The translations under genes were made by a program, and so were the position numbers. Below the pieces are notes generated by a model. That model was not told the DNA's origin. It saw nothing but the letters and a program-made list of their open reading frames with translations, and searched no databases. 64,000 nucleotides of DNA, taken from the NCBI GenBank assembly GCA_052168235.1, contig JBQLZK010000005.1, positions 96,001 to 160,000 on the forward strand, read 5' to 3'. This DNA comes from Thainema sp. (GTDB lineage Bacteria; Cyanobacteriota; Cyanobacteriia; Phormidesmidales; Phormidesmidaceae). Of this stretch, positions 50,283 to 61,129 are shown one piece after another (positions within the stretch are counted from its first letter, which is position 1; every line of letters starts with the position of its first letter).

Positions 50283-51521
50283 ATGACGAAGATGATAACG
50301 AAACAACGGGCTGGAACGCTGTACAGTATGGGACAACTACTAAAACTTGCAACTATGGCAACTCGGTTTCGTCGATGGGTCAGGATGAGCGTTTTGGTGC
50401 TGATGGTTGCGATCGCAACTCTATGCAGCCCTAGCACAGCACAAGCGCAGGTATTAGGCGCAGAAACAAACCCTGAGGCGGCACCGATTGTCCAAGATAG
50501 CTTTGTGGCTGCCGCCGTGCGTCGCGTTGGCCCCGCCGTTGTCCGCATCGATACAGAACGCACCATCACCCGTCAACCGAATCCGCTGTTTGACGATCCA
50601 TTTTTTCGAGGCTTCTTTGGCGCGCCCGAAGGATTCAACGTTCCTCCTCAAGAGCGTACCCTGCAAGGCCAGGGTTCCGGTTTTATCGTGGATTTGAACG
50701 GTGATATCCTCACCAACGCCCACGTGGTGAATAATGCTGATAAGGTGACCGTCACACTCAAAGATGGCCGCACGTTCGAGGGCACCGTGGAAGGGGTAGA
50801 TCAAGTCACTGATTTAGCTGTGATTCGCATCCAAGCCGATGATCCAGATTTACCGATTGCACCACTGGGTGATTCCGACACGATTGAAGTGGGTGACTGG
50901 GCGATCGCAGTTGGCAATCCTCTCGGTTTGGACAATACCGTTACTCTCGGCATCATCAGCACGCTCAAGCGCTCCAGTGCGACGGTCGGCATCCCCAATA
51001 AGCGTCTCGAATTTATTCAAACCGATGCGGCAATTAACCCTGGTAACTCTGGTGGCCCGCTTCTGAATGACCGAGGCGAGGTGATTGGCATCAACACCGC
51101 CATTCGCGCCGACGCGATGGGAATTGGCTTTGCGATTCCCATTAACAAGGCGAAGGAAATTTCGTCTCAACTGATTGAAGGCAAACAGGTTGACCATCCT
51201 TATCTCGGTGTACAAATTGCCACGCTGACGCCCGATGCGGCCAAGCGCAATAATGACGATCCCAATGCGGCCATGATGCTGCCAGAAATTGAAGGGGTTC
51301 TAGTCGTGCGCGTTTTCCCCAATACGCCTGCCGCCGAAGCCGGGATTCGTCGCGGCGATGTGCTGCAATCGATTGACGGGACACCCACTAAAAATGCTGA
51401 AGATCTGCAAAGTCTAATTGATCACAGCCGCGTGGGTCAGCGCCTCCGAGTCCAAGTGCGTCGCGGCCAGCAAACCTTACAAGTCTCGGTTCGCACTGCA
51501 GCGTTAGAAGCCGATAGTTGA
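50283..51521 (+). CDS. HtrA/HhoA family serine protease with one PDZ domain
   Basis: [31 protein letters not shown]; start may lie further downstream (50328/50385). Confidence 0.95.
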   Translation: MTKMITKQRAGTLYSMGQLLKLATMATRFRRWVRMSVLVLMVAIATLCSPSTAQAQVLGAETNPEAAPIVQDSFVAAAVRRVGPAVVRIDTERTITRQPNPLFDDPFFRGFFGAPEGFNVPPQERTLQGQGSGFIVDLNGDILTNAHVVNNADKVTVTLKDGRTFEGTVEGVDQVTDLAVIRIQADDPDLPIAPLGDSDTIEVGDWAIAVGNPLGLDNTVTLGIISTLKRSSATVGIPNKRLEFIQTDAAINPGNSGGPLLNDRGEVIGINTAIRADAMGIGFAIPINKAKEISSQLIEGKQVDHPYLGVQIATLTPDAAKRNNDDPNAAMMLPEIEGVLVVRVFPNTPAAEAGIRRGDVLQSIDGTPTKNAEDLQSLIDHSRVGQRLRVQVRRGQQTLQVSVRTAALEADS

Positions 51522-51565
51522 TGATTAGTCTCCAATCACCAAATCTGATTAGCGCATCGCCCCCC

Positions 51566-51616
51566 GTAGGTTGGCGTTGAGCCTGCGAAACCCAACAGTT
51601 CGTGGCTGTTGGGTTT
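51566..51616. repeat. Degenerate GTAGGTTGG...AAACCCAAC repeat element
   Basis: GTAG-tagged imperfect palindrome followed by AAACCCAACAG...CTGTTGGGTTT hairpin. Confidence 0.55.
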
Positions 51617-51716
51617 TAGTTTATCAAAATCGCAAATGCGGTTTTTGAATATTAAAACTGCGAACTACACTAGGGCTAGTTCCTCAATGGGAAACTATCA
51701 ATGGGAAACTATAGGT

Positions 51717-52091
51717 ATGACTTTAGAGGTTAATCAAAACCCAACAATTATTCGTACAGAGCGTGGTCTAACCGTCTCAGGAACACGTATCACTCTTTAC
51801 GATGTGATGGAATATATCAAAGCGCAATATCCGCCAAAGTTTGTCCGTTCTTTGTTTGATTTAACAGAGGAGCAAATGAATACAGCTTTAGCGTATATCG
51901 AGAAGAATCAGGCTGAAGTTGAAGCAGAATATCAAGTTGTTTTGCAGCAGGCCAAGGAAACTCGGCAGTATTGGGAAGAACGCAATCGTGCTCATTTTGC
52001 TCGTATTGCAGCAATGCCTCCTAGCCCAGACAAAAACGTTCTCAGAGCCAAACTTGAGGCACAGAAGGCTCAACATGAACTAGAAGTATGA
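51717..52091 (+). CDS. DUF433-like antitoxin
   Basis: IIRTERGLTVSGTRITLYDV, LTEEQMNTALAYI; ATGA overlap with the next gene. Confidence 0.85.
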   Translation: MTLEVNQNPTIIRTERGLTVSGTRITLYDVMEYIKAQYPPKFVRSLFDLTEEQMNTALAYIEKNQAEVEAEYQVVLQQAKETRQYWEERNRAHFARIAAMPPSPDKNVLRAKLEAQKAQHELEV

Positions 52092-52483
52092 TCTTCCTTG
52101 TTGATCACAATTTAGGGGGACATGCAGAGATTTTACTTGGCAATATTGCTAGTCAAGGTTGGTTAGACTTACTTCCAATTCGCTTTTTGACTTTCAAGGA
52201 AATGAATCTGCCAATTGACAGCAGCGATCGCGCGGTTTAGAGAACTGCTCAGTCAAACCGAATGGTTTTGCTGACAGCTAATCGCAGCATGAAAGGTGAA
52301 GAATCATTGGAACAGGTTCTGCGTGAGGAAAATACGTCAGAGTCTTGGCCGGTGATCACAATTGGCGATCCTAACCGTTTTCTGGACGATCGCGTTTACC
52401 GTAACCATTGTGTTGACCGTATCCTAGAAATTTTGATTGATGCTGAAAATTTTATGGGAGCTGGTCGTCTTTTTGTTCCATAA
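52088..52483 (+). pseudogene. PIN-like (DUF5615-type) toxin interrupted by an in-frame TAG at 52238-52240
   Basis: MIFLVDHNLGGHA...IDSSDRAV*RTAQSNRMVLLTANR...RLFVP in a single frame. Confidence 0.8.
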
Positions 52484-52594
52484 GCGATCGCAGTTTAAAG
52501 TATTGACGATAAACGAATCAAATTGCTTGTGTGGATCAAGGCGAAACAAGCTATAAGATGTCGCGTCAATAGGTTTATGTTTGAGTGATCGGAG

Positions 52595-53128
52595 GTGCAA
52601 GTGGTACGAGTAAACGCTACAGCCTTGGTACTGGGAACATTAGCGCTCTCTGCTTGCAGTTTATCGCCGCAAAATGAAGCGGATACTAGCCCTGTTGAAA
52701 CGGTACTACCGAGGGCTGCGAATCCAACCGATACACAGGACAGCAATCAGGAGGACAGTGTATCGTTTTGGACGTTCAAAGACATTAATGGCACGACGAC
52801 TGCGATCTATGGCTATGAGGCCAGTGATGCAGTCTTTTCGGTCAGTTGCGATGATTTGGCTGAAGAGTTGGTGTTTTATCGGGCGGCGAATGCACCTGAA
52901 AACAGCGTGATTAACATGAACCTGTTGTTGCCGGAGGGGAACACACTGCTGCGAGCCACTGATACCAGTTGGGAGCTGCCAGGCTACACAGGCCGCATGG
53001 CGAACACCGATCCGTGGTTAGAGCAGCTAGCTGAAGCGGATACGCTAACTGTTGATCTTCAGGGTGAAGATGCGCTGACAGTGGCCGTATCGCCTAAACT
53101 GAAGCGAGTGATTGCAAGCTGTAAGTAG
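52595..53128 (+). CDS. Hypothetical lipoprotein
   Basis: Hydrophobic signal with LSAC lipobox; GGAG overlapping/upstream of the GTG start. Confidence 0.75.
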   Translation: MQVVRVNATALVLGTLALSACSLSPQNEADTSPVETVLPRAANPTDTQDSNQEDSVSFWTFKDINGTTTAIYGYEASDAVFSVSCDDLAEELVFYRAANAPENSVINMNLLLPEGNTLLRATDTSWELPGYTGRMANTDPWLEQLAEADTLTVDLQGEDALTVAVSPKLKRVIASCK

Positions 53129-53167
53129 AAGATCAACTACTGCTTTCATCAGTTACAGGTTAGTCTT

Positions 53168-53683
53168 CTAATGCTGAATTTCCAGGTTCAACACGTAGTG
53201 GCCCAGATGAAGCTGATTAGCCCATAGCTCATACTCTAATCGCAGATGCTCTGGCAGCGGCTCACCGCTCACCGTCAGGCTACGGGTGTAGTTCCGCATA
53301 CGAATCTGCTCAACGTCTTTTAGCTTGGGATGCTGGAGCCAGTAGCGGCTGAGGCCAAAAATTCCCGGCCCCCAAAGATGGCGATAGCTGAAGCGACCAT
53401 TGCCCTGCATGGTCATGATGACTCGATAGGGCGAGATCTCAAACCACAGGAGCCGAGGCGTTTCAACCGTAGAAGTGAGGCCAAAAGGAGTGACTGCCGC
53501 ATCGTTGAGGTGATCTTGACCGAGGCTGGCCTCTTTGATCACAGGTTCAGTTAGCAGTAGATGAAACCGCTGCTCGTCTTTTTGGTAGAGCGTGGCTGCC
53601 GTTTCAATCGTTGACCAGACGGGCAGATCAAACGACAGCAGAGACAAGCTGACGGGCCGATGGCGATGGGTTAGCATGGGCAA
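53168..53683 (-). CDS. Hypothetical protein
   Basis: 171-aa ORF (PRLLWFEISPYRVIMTMQG, SYRHLW, YELW); start 53677 or 53683. Confidence 0.78.
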   Translation of the reverse strand: MPMLTHRHRPVSLSLLSFDLPVWSTIETAATLYQKDEQRFHLLLTEPVIKEASLGQDHLNDAAVTPFGLTSTVETPRLLWFEISPYRVIMTMQGNGRFSYRHLWGPGIFGLSRYWLQHPKLKDVEQIRMRNYTRSLTVSGEPLPEHLRLEYELWANQLHLGHYVLNLEIQH

Positions 53684-53775
53684 ATATTTAGGAGTGTGAG
53701 GAGCAGAATTTGTCGCGAGAGGTGGCTCAAAAACGGGGTAGGATGGCTAGACGAATGCTTGCCTAATTTAGCCTA

Positions 53776-55125
53776 ATGCGATCGCACAAGACTGTCACCC
53801 TCAATTCCGCTGAATCTCATCAATCTTTAGTAATTCATCCACCCACAACCGGATTGGCGCTACGGGGACGCATCCGGGTGCCGGGTGATAAGTCAATTTC
53901 CCATCGGGCGCTGATGCTGGGCGCACTGGCTGAGGGCGAGACAATTATTCAAGGCTTGCTGCTAGGCGAAGATCCGCGCAGTACGGCTGAGTGCTTTCGA
54001 GCCATGGGAGCGCAGATTTCGCCGCTGAATGAAACCGAAGTGCGGGTGCAAGGGCTTGGTCTTGGCCAACTGCAAGAGCCGATAGACGTGCTGAATGCGG
54101 GCAATTCCGGCACCACGCTGCGGCTAATGCTGGGCATTTTGGCATCTCATCCCGATCGGTTCTTTACGGTGACGGGCGATGACTCACTGCGATCGCGGCC
54201 TATGTCACGAGTCGTTAACCCGTTGCGGTTAATGGGAGCCAATATTTGGGGCCGCTGTGGCAGCACATTGGCACCGTTGGCGATCCAAGGCACAGCGCTG
54301 AAAGCAATTCACTACCAGTCACCAATTGCGTCTGCTCAGGTAAAATCCTGCGTCTTACTGGCAGGATTGATGGCTGAGGGGGCAACAACGGTGACTGAGC
54401 CAGCGCGATCTCGGGATCACAGTGAGCGGATGCTGGCGGCGTTTGGGGCCAATATCCAGGTTGATGAGGAAACCTGTAGCTCGACAGTGATTGGGCCTGC
54501 CAAGTTAAACGGACAAACCGTTGTTGTTCCCGGTGACATCAGCTCTGCCGCATTCTGGCTGGTGGCGGCGGCAATTGTGCCGGATTCGGAGTTGGTGATT
54601 GAAAACGTTGGCGTTAATCCCACCCGCACAGGCATTCTAGAAGCCCTGGCGCAAATGGAAGCTGATATCACGCTGGAAAATCAGCGGGAAGTGGCGGGAG
54701 AACCCGTGGCCGATCTGCGGGTGCGCTACAGTCCGCTGAAGCCGTGCCACATTGCTGGGGATCTGGTGCCGCGCCTGATTGATGAAATTCCAATTATTGC
54801 GGTGGCGGCGGCTTTTGCTGAAGGGACAACCGTGATTGAAGACGCAGCAGAACTGCGGGTGAAAGAGAGCGATCGCTTAGCGGTGATGGCAAAACAGCTC
54901 ACGGCGATGGGTGCCAAGGTAGAGGAACGACACGACGGCCTAGAAATTACGGGCAAAACGTCGCTCAGCGGGGCCGCACTGGATAGCTACACCGATCACC
55001 GAATTGCGATGAGCCTTGCGATCGCAGCTCTAGCGGCCTCGGGTTCAACCACCATTGCCCGCGCTGAAGCCGCATCAATTTCCTATCCGGATTTTGTGGC
55101 AACCTTAGAAGGGATCTGTCATTAA
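53776..55125 (+). CDS. aroA: EPSP synthase
   Basis: [44 protein letters not shown]. Confidence 0.97.
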   Translation: MRSHKTVTLNSAESHQSLVIHPPTTGLALRGRIRVPGDKSISHRALMLGALAEGETIIQGLLLGEDPRSTAECFRAMGAQISPLNETEVRVQGLGLGQLQEPIDVLNAGNSGTTLRLMLGILASHPDRFFTVTGDDSLRSRPMSRVVNPLRLMGANIWGRCGSTLAPLAIQGTALKAIHYQSPIASAQVKSCVLLAGLMAEGATTVTEPARSRDHSERMLAAFGANIQVDEETCSSTVIGPAKLNGQTVVVPGDISSAAFWLVAAAIVPDSELVIENVGVNPTRTGILEALAQMEADITLENQREVAGEPVADLRVRYSPLKPCHIAGDLVPRLIDEIPIIAVAAAFAEGTTVIEDAAELRVKESDRLAVMAKQLTAMGAKVEERHDGLEITGKTSLSGAALDSYTDHRIAMSLAIAALAASGSTTIARAEAASISYPDFVATLEGICH

Positions 55126-55135
55126 TGCAGGTCAC

Positions 55136-55163
55136 GTAGGGGCGAATGGCCATTCGCCCCTAC
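55136..55163. repeat. GTAG-type REP palindrome
   Basis: GTAGGGGCGAATGGCCATTCGCCCCTAC. Confidence 0.9.
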
Positions 55164-55185
55164 AGATAGGTATAGATGGATTGAA

Positions 55186-56031
55186 TTAACGCCGATAGTG
55201 AACGCGGGCATCCATGCCGAAGGCGCGCAGGTAGTTCTCCCAGTTTTGGGCGGTGCCGCGATCGCGGAAGGGGCCAACGCGGACGTGGGAACCCAGATGG
55301 CTACCGATTTGCACCCCGCTAGCTGGGGCATCTAGGGCTAGCTGGGCAACATACTGGCTCATTACTTCCACACTCGCGCCGTTGCTGGGCACGACTACAA
55401 AGTAATTAGCGGAGTCCTCAGAGTCCTCGTCACTTTGATTGGCGGGAATGGGCACACCCGAACTCGGTGCAACCGCGACCGTTGATTGGCCAAACTCCAC
55501 CTCGCGCGGCGCAGAACCACCCGTACCCGCGAACGAATTAGTTAATGCACCGCTAGCGGCAATTTCGACCCGATCCAAACCTGCACCAATGCCGCGCGAT
55601 TCAAGCTGGGCGATTTGCTGATTGGCGTCGTCCTGCTGCTGAAACACGCCAGCATCGATCACAGTGCGGCCCTCATGCTCTCGATAGTCGGCAGACGGAA
55701 CGATAGCTCGCACCTGCTGGAGCATCAGCGGACTATCGCCGTTGACAAAGACAAGGTAGGCGTCCTGTGTAGCGGCTCGACTCGAAGCTGAGCTGCTGCG
55801 ATAGGGAACGGGGGTGGCGGTTGGCAGCGTTTCGCCAAAGGTGACATTCGGCGGTGGCGGTAGCTGCTCCATGACTTGAGCAGCGGCTGGATTGGCTCCC
55901 GACACGCTGGCTGCGATCGCAACTCCGGCTAGCCAGCCGTAGGCAACTGGCGCATCATTCAATCGCAACGAAAATCGAGACGAACGGTTAGACAGCAGCA
56001 TGGCATCAAGCTCGCGGGTAGAGGAATTCAT
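55186..56031 (-). CDS. Secreted protein with two SPOR-like segments
   Basis: Signal ending PAAAQ; YLVFV...AGVFQQQDDANQQIAQL and YFVVV...VGPFRDRGTAQNW...FGMDARV; start uncertain. Confidence 0.7.
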   Translation of the reverse strand: MNSSTRELDAMLLSNRSSRFSLRLNDAPVAYGWLAGVAIAASVSGANPAAAQVMEQLPPPPNVTFGETLPTATPVPYRSSSASSRAATQDAYLVFVNGDSPLMLQQVRAIVPSADYREHEGRTVIDAGVFQQQDDANQQIAQLESRGIGAGLDRVEIAASGALTNSFAGTGGSAPREVEFGQSTVAVAPSSGVPIPANQSDEDSEDSANYFVVVPSNGASVEVMSQYVAQLALDAPASGVQIGSHLGSHVRVGPFRDRGTAQNWENYLRAFGMDARVHYRR

Positions 56032-56426
56032 GATGTCTCCGATGCGATCGCGATTGAAGGTTACGGTCGGGGACATTTGACAACAATATTAAGACTTTTT
56101 CATGACAAATTCCACCAGGGATAGCGCTTTACATATCGCAACATAGGCTTTATACCCTAAATGCAGATTGGGTTGTGATGACCGTAGTTACATCGGTTGA
56201 GTCTATTGGAAAACTCTGAAAACAGGCAAGCGCTGGATTTCGTAGAGGTCTCAATCAAAATGGCAACGGCTATAATGGCGTGTTCTAGATGCAGAGCAAT
56301 GGTTAAACTGGATCATAGATGCTGCAACAATTTTTCATCCTGCAAGCTTTCAATACGTGGCGGATTGCGTGACCACAAGGCATGATGCTGGTCTCAATCC
56401 GTAGCACACCCCCACAACCCAACGCT

Positions 56427-57251
56427 ATGACCGTTCCTGAATTACCGAAAGTCCGCTTCCTAACTCCCACAACGTTAAAACCCAGTCATCCCCTGTTTAT
56501 CTTTTTGCCAGGGATGGATGGCACAGGCGAATTGCTGCGAACTCAGCTAGATGGACTGGAGCGCAGTTTTGATATTCGCTGTCTGTCTGTGCCGGCAGAC
56601 GATTTGACGAATTGGGACGGGCTGGTTGAGCAGGTGGTGCGTTTAATTCGACAGGAAGTGCGATCGCACTTGAAGCGCCCCGTGTATCTCTGTGGAGAAT
56701 CCTTCGGCGGCTGTTTAGCGCTCAAACTTGCGGTCGCCCATCCGACCATTTTTGACCGGATGATTTTAATTAATCCGGCTTCTTCCTACGGCCAACTGCC
56801 CTGGATGCACTGGGGTTCGGGCTTAACGCCGCTGATCCCGAGTCCGCTATACCAGTTGTCTACCTACGGACTCTTGCCGTTTCTTGCGGCCCTGGAGCGG
56901 ATGGATGAGCATGCACGTCAGGCGCTGCTGGAAGCCATGCAGTTTGTTTCGCAGAAAAGTTCGGCTTGGCGGCTGTCGCTGCTGCGCGATTTCCATTTGC
57001 CCAAAACGCAGCTAAAAGCGATTACGCGTCCGGTATTGCTGGTTGCGGGACAGGCAGATCGACTCTTGCCATCGGTGTTAGAAGTGCAGCGCTTGGCTCG
57101 ATATCTGCCCAACGCGAAAACTCGGATTTTGCCCAATAGCGGTCATGCTTGCCTGTTAGAAAAAGATGTCAATCTGCACCAGATTTTGCAGCAAGAGGCG
57201 TTTTTAGTGAGATCGCGCCAGTCACCGTCGTCAACGGCTAAATCGGCCTAG
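56427..57251 (+). CDS. Alpha/beta hydrolase
   Basis: FLPGMDGTG, GESFGG nucleophile elbow, DRLLPS, SGHACLLE. Confidence 0.9.
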   Translation: MTVPELPKVRFLTPTTLKPSHPLFIFLPGMDGTGELLRTQLDGLERSFDIRCLSVPADDLTNWDGLVEQVVRLIRQEVRSHLKRPVYLCGESFGGCLALKLAVAHPTIFDRMILINPASSYGQLPWMHWGSGLTPLIPSPLYQLSTYGLLPFLAALERMDEHARQALLEAMQFVSQKSSAWRLSLLRDFHLPKTQLKAITRPVLLVAGQADRLLPSVLEVQRLARYLPNAKTRILPNSGHACLLEKDVNLHQILQQEAFLVRSRQSPSSTAKSA

Positions 57252-57278
57252 TAGGGGCAAATGGCCATTTGCCCCTAC
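57251..57278. repeat. GTAG-type REP forming the whole gap between two convergent genes
   Basis: GTAGGGGCAAATGGCCATTTGCCCCTAC; contains the stop codon of the SLH gene. Confidence 0.9.
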
Positions 57279-58327
57279 TCCTGCACAACGTATTCTGACT
57301 CGACGGGTTCAGCCTGGCCAATTTGCACCAGTCCCTGATAGACCATTGCTGCAATATCGGCGCGGGTAGCGGGCTGACTCGGTTCGAACTGATTGAGATC
57401 GGGATAGTTGCTGATCAGCCCTGCCTGGGTTGCGGCTGCGATCGCACCACGGGCATAGTCTGGAATCTGATCAGCGTCGCTGTAGCGATTTAGGATGTCA
57501 TCTGGATTTTCAGGGGGCTGCAAATCCAGACCATTGGCGAGGGCAACGATGGCCTCGGCTCGCGTCAAATTCGTATCAGGCCGAAACTGGTTACCGGGAT
57601 AGCCCTTGAGGAATCCAGAAGAAGACGCTTCTGCGATCGCATCTTGCGCCCAAAAATCGGCTGAAATATCGCCGTAGTTAGTTGCCGTCTGCGACTCAGA
57701 TGGCTGGTCAAATGCGCCCGCCAAAATAGCGGCATATCCGGCACGACTGACGGGCTGATCCGGTGAAAAGCTGCCATCGGGGAATCCAGAAATCACATCT
57801 CGCTCAGCTAGTTCAGCGATGAACGGAGCAGCCCAGTATTCACTTGAAACATCGGGAAATGTGACAGCAACTTGGCTCGGTTCTTCAGGAGCCGTTTCGG
57901 TAGTAGCCTCACCTTCGGGAGATGCGGCGGTTCTGGCAGGTAAGACCGTTTCGGTTTCAATTTCATCTGCCTCAGAACGGGTTGGCCGAGCTCCAATTAG
58001 CGGCAGTGCTGAAGTGCGGCGCGACGTTGAAACATTTTCTTCTTCTTCCTCTGGAGCTGGAACTGGAATCAGCGTTGGCAAAGCGGCTTCAGGCTCCTCA
58101 GCTTCTGCGTCCTCGTCATCTTCGGTAATAAACGGCGCAAACAAGCCATCCTGTAGTGAGTCAGATTGCCCAGATAATGGCCCCATAGACAGCAGCGAAC
58201 CCGTCGGTCGCCCCATGCCCCACCACAAAATCGCACCCATGATGGGAAAGGTCACTGCGATCGCAATTAGCTCATCAATGCTTAAGCGACGATTAGATTG
58301 TGGATCGGGAGGAGGGGATTGGGTCAT
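57275..58327 (-). CDS. S-layer homology (SLH) domain protein with N-terminal TM helix
   Basis: FPDVSSEYWA, GFPDGSFSPDQPVSRA, GYPGNQFRPDTNLTRAE, ATRAD. Confidence 0.9.
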   Translation of the reverse strand: MTQSPPPDPQSNRRLSIDELIAIAVTFPIMGAILWWGMGRPTGSLLSMGPLSGQSDSLQDGLFAPFITEDDEDAEAEEPEAALPTLIPVPAPEEEEENVSTSRRTSALPLIGARPTRSEADEIETETVLPARTAASPEGEATTETAPEEPSQVAVTFPDVSSEYWAAPFIAELAERDVISGFPDGSFSPDQPVSRAGYAAILAGAFDQPSESQTATNYGDISADFWAQDAIAEASSSGFLKGYPGNQFRPDTNLTRAEAIVALANGLDLQPPENPDDILNRYSDADQIPDYARGAIAAATQAGLISNYPDLNQFEPSQPATRADIAAMVYQGLVQIGQAEPVESEYVVQE

Positions 58328-58504
58328 GATTAGTTTAGGGCAACTTTAAAGGGCTACGCTTAGGCATAGCGTACAGCATGATTTTCTCGATCCGGCTAAA
58401 AAAAGGCAAGATCTGGTCAGTAAGATCTGACTTCCGATAGAAAGCGCTATCATGCAAGTCGCCTTCGACAGTATCTAATCATCACTCAACCGTAAACCGA
58501 TCCT

Positions 58505-58864
58505 ATGACTTTAGAAATGGATCAAGAAACGCGCCAGTGGGCAATGGCCTGTCATCTCATTTCCCTAATTGGCTTCGCCGGAGTTCCTTTCGGCAATATC
58601 ATTGGGCCGTTAGTGATTTGGTTGATTAAGCGAGAAGAGTCGTCGTTTATCGACGCCCACGGCAAGGAATCGCTGAACTTTCAGCTCACGATGACGCTGT
58701 ATGCCTTTGCCTCGATTATTTTATTTATTTGTGGCATTGGCATTTTGACGCTGATTGGTGTCATCATTGCCGGACTCGTGTATTCCATCAAGGCAGCCAT
58801 TGCTGCGAATCAAGGCCGAACCTACTCTTATCCCGATTTCCTACGATTACGTTTTATTGATTAG
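58505..58864 (+). CDS. DUF4870 family membrane protein
   Basis: WAMACHL, IGPLVIWL, HGKESLNFQLT, YSYP. Confidence 0.85.
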   Translation: MTLEMDQETRQWAMACHLISLIGFAGVPFGNIIGPLVIWLIKREESSFIDAHGKESLNFQLTMTLYAFASIILFICGIGILTLIGVIIAGLVYSIKAAIAANQGRTYSYPDFLRLRFID

Positions 58865-58947
58865 TTTGACTCCGTTTTATGGATGAAACGCGCCAAAAGC
58901 GCATCCTCTAGTTTTCTAAATCCCGATTGCATCAGGAGCGGAAATCT

Positions 58948-59328
58948 ATGACGACATCAGAACTCACGCCATCTGCCCGTATCTGGAGCATGATTTGCCA
59001 CCTGAGTGCCCTGTCGCTGTACTTGGGCATTCCGTTCAGCAATATTTTGGTGCCATTTGCGATCTGGTCGCTGAAACGGGCAGAATCACCGTTTGTCGAA
59101 CAGCAGGGACGCGACGTAGTGAACTTTCAGCTCACTGTTACCCTGGCGCTGTTGGCGGTTGGCATTCTCATGCTGCCGCTATTGGGATCGCCCCTATTTT
59201 TGCTGCTGGCGGCTATGCTGATCGGGGGATTAATTGGGAATTTAGTGGTCGTGATTTTAGGTGCGATCGCAGCTTTCAAGGGAGAACCGTATCAGTATCC
59301 GTTGGCGATTCGATTTATTGACTGGTAG
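58948..59328 (+). CDS. DUF4870 family membrane protein (tandem paralogue)
   Basis: WSMICHLS, VPFAIW, QGRDVVNFQLT, GEPYQYP. Confidence 0.85.
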   Translation: MTTSELTPSARIWSMICHLSALSLYLGIPFSNILVPFAIWSLKRAESPFVEQQGRDVVNFQLTVTLALLAVGILMLPLLGSPLFLLLAAMLIGGLIGNLVVVILGAIAAFKGEPYQYPLAIRFIDW

Positions 59329-59351
59329 GGGTGAATGGTTATTCACCCTCA
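59325..59351. repeat. GTAG-type REP variant
   Basis: GTAGGGGTGAATGGTTATTCACCCTC; its TAG is the stop of the upstream gene. Confidence 0.75.
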
Positions 59352-59354
59352 CGT

Positions 59355-60248
59355 CTACAGCCGATACTCAGATGCCACAATCATTGAGCCAATGCCCATA
59401 TCGGTAAAGATTTCTAGCAGCAGGGCATGGGGAACGCGACCATCGACGATGTGGGCCGCTTTAACGCCTTGGGCTAGCGATCGCACGCAGCAGGTAACTT
59501 TGGGAATCATGCCACCTCCAACAATACCGTCGTCAATCAGCTTGCGAGCTTGCTGAATGTCTACGCGTGGAATTAGTGTTGAGGGATCTTGGTAATCTTT
59601 GAGAATGCCAGCTGTATCGGTCAGCAAAATCAGCTTTTCGGCTCCCATTGCCGCTGCAATTTCGCCAGCCACCGTATCGGCGTTGATATTGTATGCCTGC
59701 CCCGTCTCATCGGCAGCTACGCTGGAGACAACTGGTATATAACCCGCTTCGACCAGTTCCTCTAGCAGCCGCACATTAGTGCTGGTCACTTCACCCACAA
59801 AGCCGATCCCTTCTTGCCCTTGGGGACGAGCCATAATCAGGTCGCCATCCTTGCCGCAGAGGCCAACAGCGGAGCCACCTGCCTGGTTAATTAGCGACAC
59901 AATTTCTTTGTTGACGCGACCAACTAGCACCATCTCCACCACGTCCATTGTGGGGGCATCGGTGACGCGTAAACCGTTCTTAAACTGCGGTTCGATGCCT
60001 AGCTTCCCAAGCCAGGAGTTGATTTCCGGCCCGCCGCCATGCACCAAAATGGGCCGAATGCCCACACAGGCCATGAACACGACATCGCGAATCACTTTGG
60101 CCTTGAGGGACGAGTCCTTCATGGCCGCACCGCCATATTTGACGACAACAGTGCGCCCCCGAAATTGCTGAATGTAGGGTAGCGCTTCACTGAGTACCCG
60201 TACCCGTGTGGCTTCGGTTTCTTGGATGTATTCGCTCTCGCTGCTCAT
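59355..60248 (-). CDS. argB: Acetylglutamate kinase
   Basis: [43 protein letters not shown]. Confidence 0.97.
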   Translation of the reverse strand: MSSESEYIQETEATRVRVLSEALPYIQQFRGRTVVVKYGGAAMKDSSLKAKVIRDVVFMACVGIRPILVHGGGPEINSWLGKLGIEPQFKNGLRVTDAPTMDVVEMVLVGRVNKEIVSLINQAGGSAVGLCGKDGDLIMARPQGQEGIGFVGEVTSTNVRLLEELVEAGYIPVVSSVAADETGQAYNINADTVAGEIAAAMGAEKLILLTDTAGILKDYQDPSTLIPRVDIQQARKLIDDGIVGGGMIPKVTCCVRSLAQGVKAAHIVDGRVPHALLLEIFTDMGIGSMIVASEYRL

Positions 60249-60371
60249 GGGGCCGTTCTGCTTTTAGTATCTTGAATATCTATCGTGTTGCCAAGCTGAC
60301 AGCAGTGTAAGGGAGGCTACTCGCGATCGCAACGTTATCTAGACGAGAATTCAATCAATGTCAGGAAATGA

Positions 60372-60941
60372 TTATAGATTGGAGTTGGTTTTGCCTTCGG
60401 TCACTTCAGGCCGGAGAACGTGGGGCAGTTCGGTGAGGATGCGATCGCAAGTTTCGCTTGGCGATTCATGCGGCTGAATGGTTATTGTCAAATCGGCTTG
60501 GCTGTAAAGATGTTCGCGCTGTCCTAAGATGGTTTGCAGTGTCTTCTGGGGATCAGGGGTTTGTAGGAGTGGACGGGTCGCATCATCTTGCAGACGTTCG
60601 TACAGCAAATCCACCGCGACATCAAGCCAAACGACAATGCCGTGACGCAAATAGCTCCAGTTCATGCGCTCTAAGACAATGCCGCCGCCCGTGGCAATCA
60701 CCAGATGCGTATAGGCGGAGAGCTGAGAAAGCACCTGAGTTTCAAGCTGGCGAAACGCGACTTCGCCCTCGGTGGCAAAAATGTCGCGAATCGGACGATG
60801 GGCGGCCTGCTCAATCACGGCATCGGTATCAAAGAAACGATAGCTGAGCTGTTCAGCTAAAAGTTGGCCCACCGTGGTTTTACCCGATCCCATCATGCCA
60901 ATGAGAAAGAGGTTCACACCTTGAAGCAAATCAGTAGTCAC
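60372..60941 (-). CDS. aroK: Shikimate kinase
   Basis: LIGMMGSGKTTVG, FFDTD, GEVAFRQLE, ATGGG, RPLL. Confidence 0.95.
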   Translation of the reverse strand: MTTDLLQGVNLFLIGMMGSGKTTVGQLLAEQLSYRFFDTDAVIEQAAHRPIRDIFATEGEVAFRQLETQVLSQLSAYTHLVIATGGGIVLERMNWSYLRHGIVVWLDVAVDLLYERLQDDATRPLLQTPDPQKTLQTILGQREHLYSQADLTITIQPHESPSETCDRILTELPHVLRPEVTEGKTNSNL

Positions 60942-61042
60942 GCGCTTGGTCTTGAATCACTGCACCTGCCTATTGTTGCAGATTGCCTGCACCAAAACCC
61001 AATTACCTAATCCGCTCAACATTGCACTTTGATATCGATTCC

Positions 61043-61129
61043 GTAGGGACACGGCATGCCGTGTCCCTAATCCAGGTGTTGGGTAGGGAGAGGTTAGTTG
61101 TATAGGAACACGGAGTGCCGTGTCCCTAC
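61043..61129. repeat. Two GTAGGGACACGGCA-type REP palindromes
   Basis: 61043-61070 and 61102-61129; same REP as inside the 99-bp MITEs; the second supplies the stop of the PRK-family gene. Confidence 0.85.

Noticed and set aside
58505..59328. Tandem DUF4870 genes as a novel system
   Set aside because: Simple diverged paralogue pair of a common family, with nothing else supporting a system
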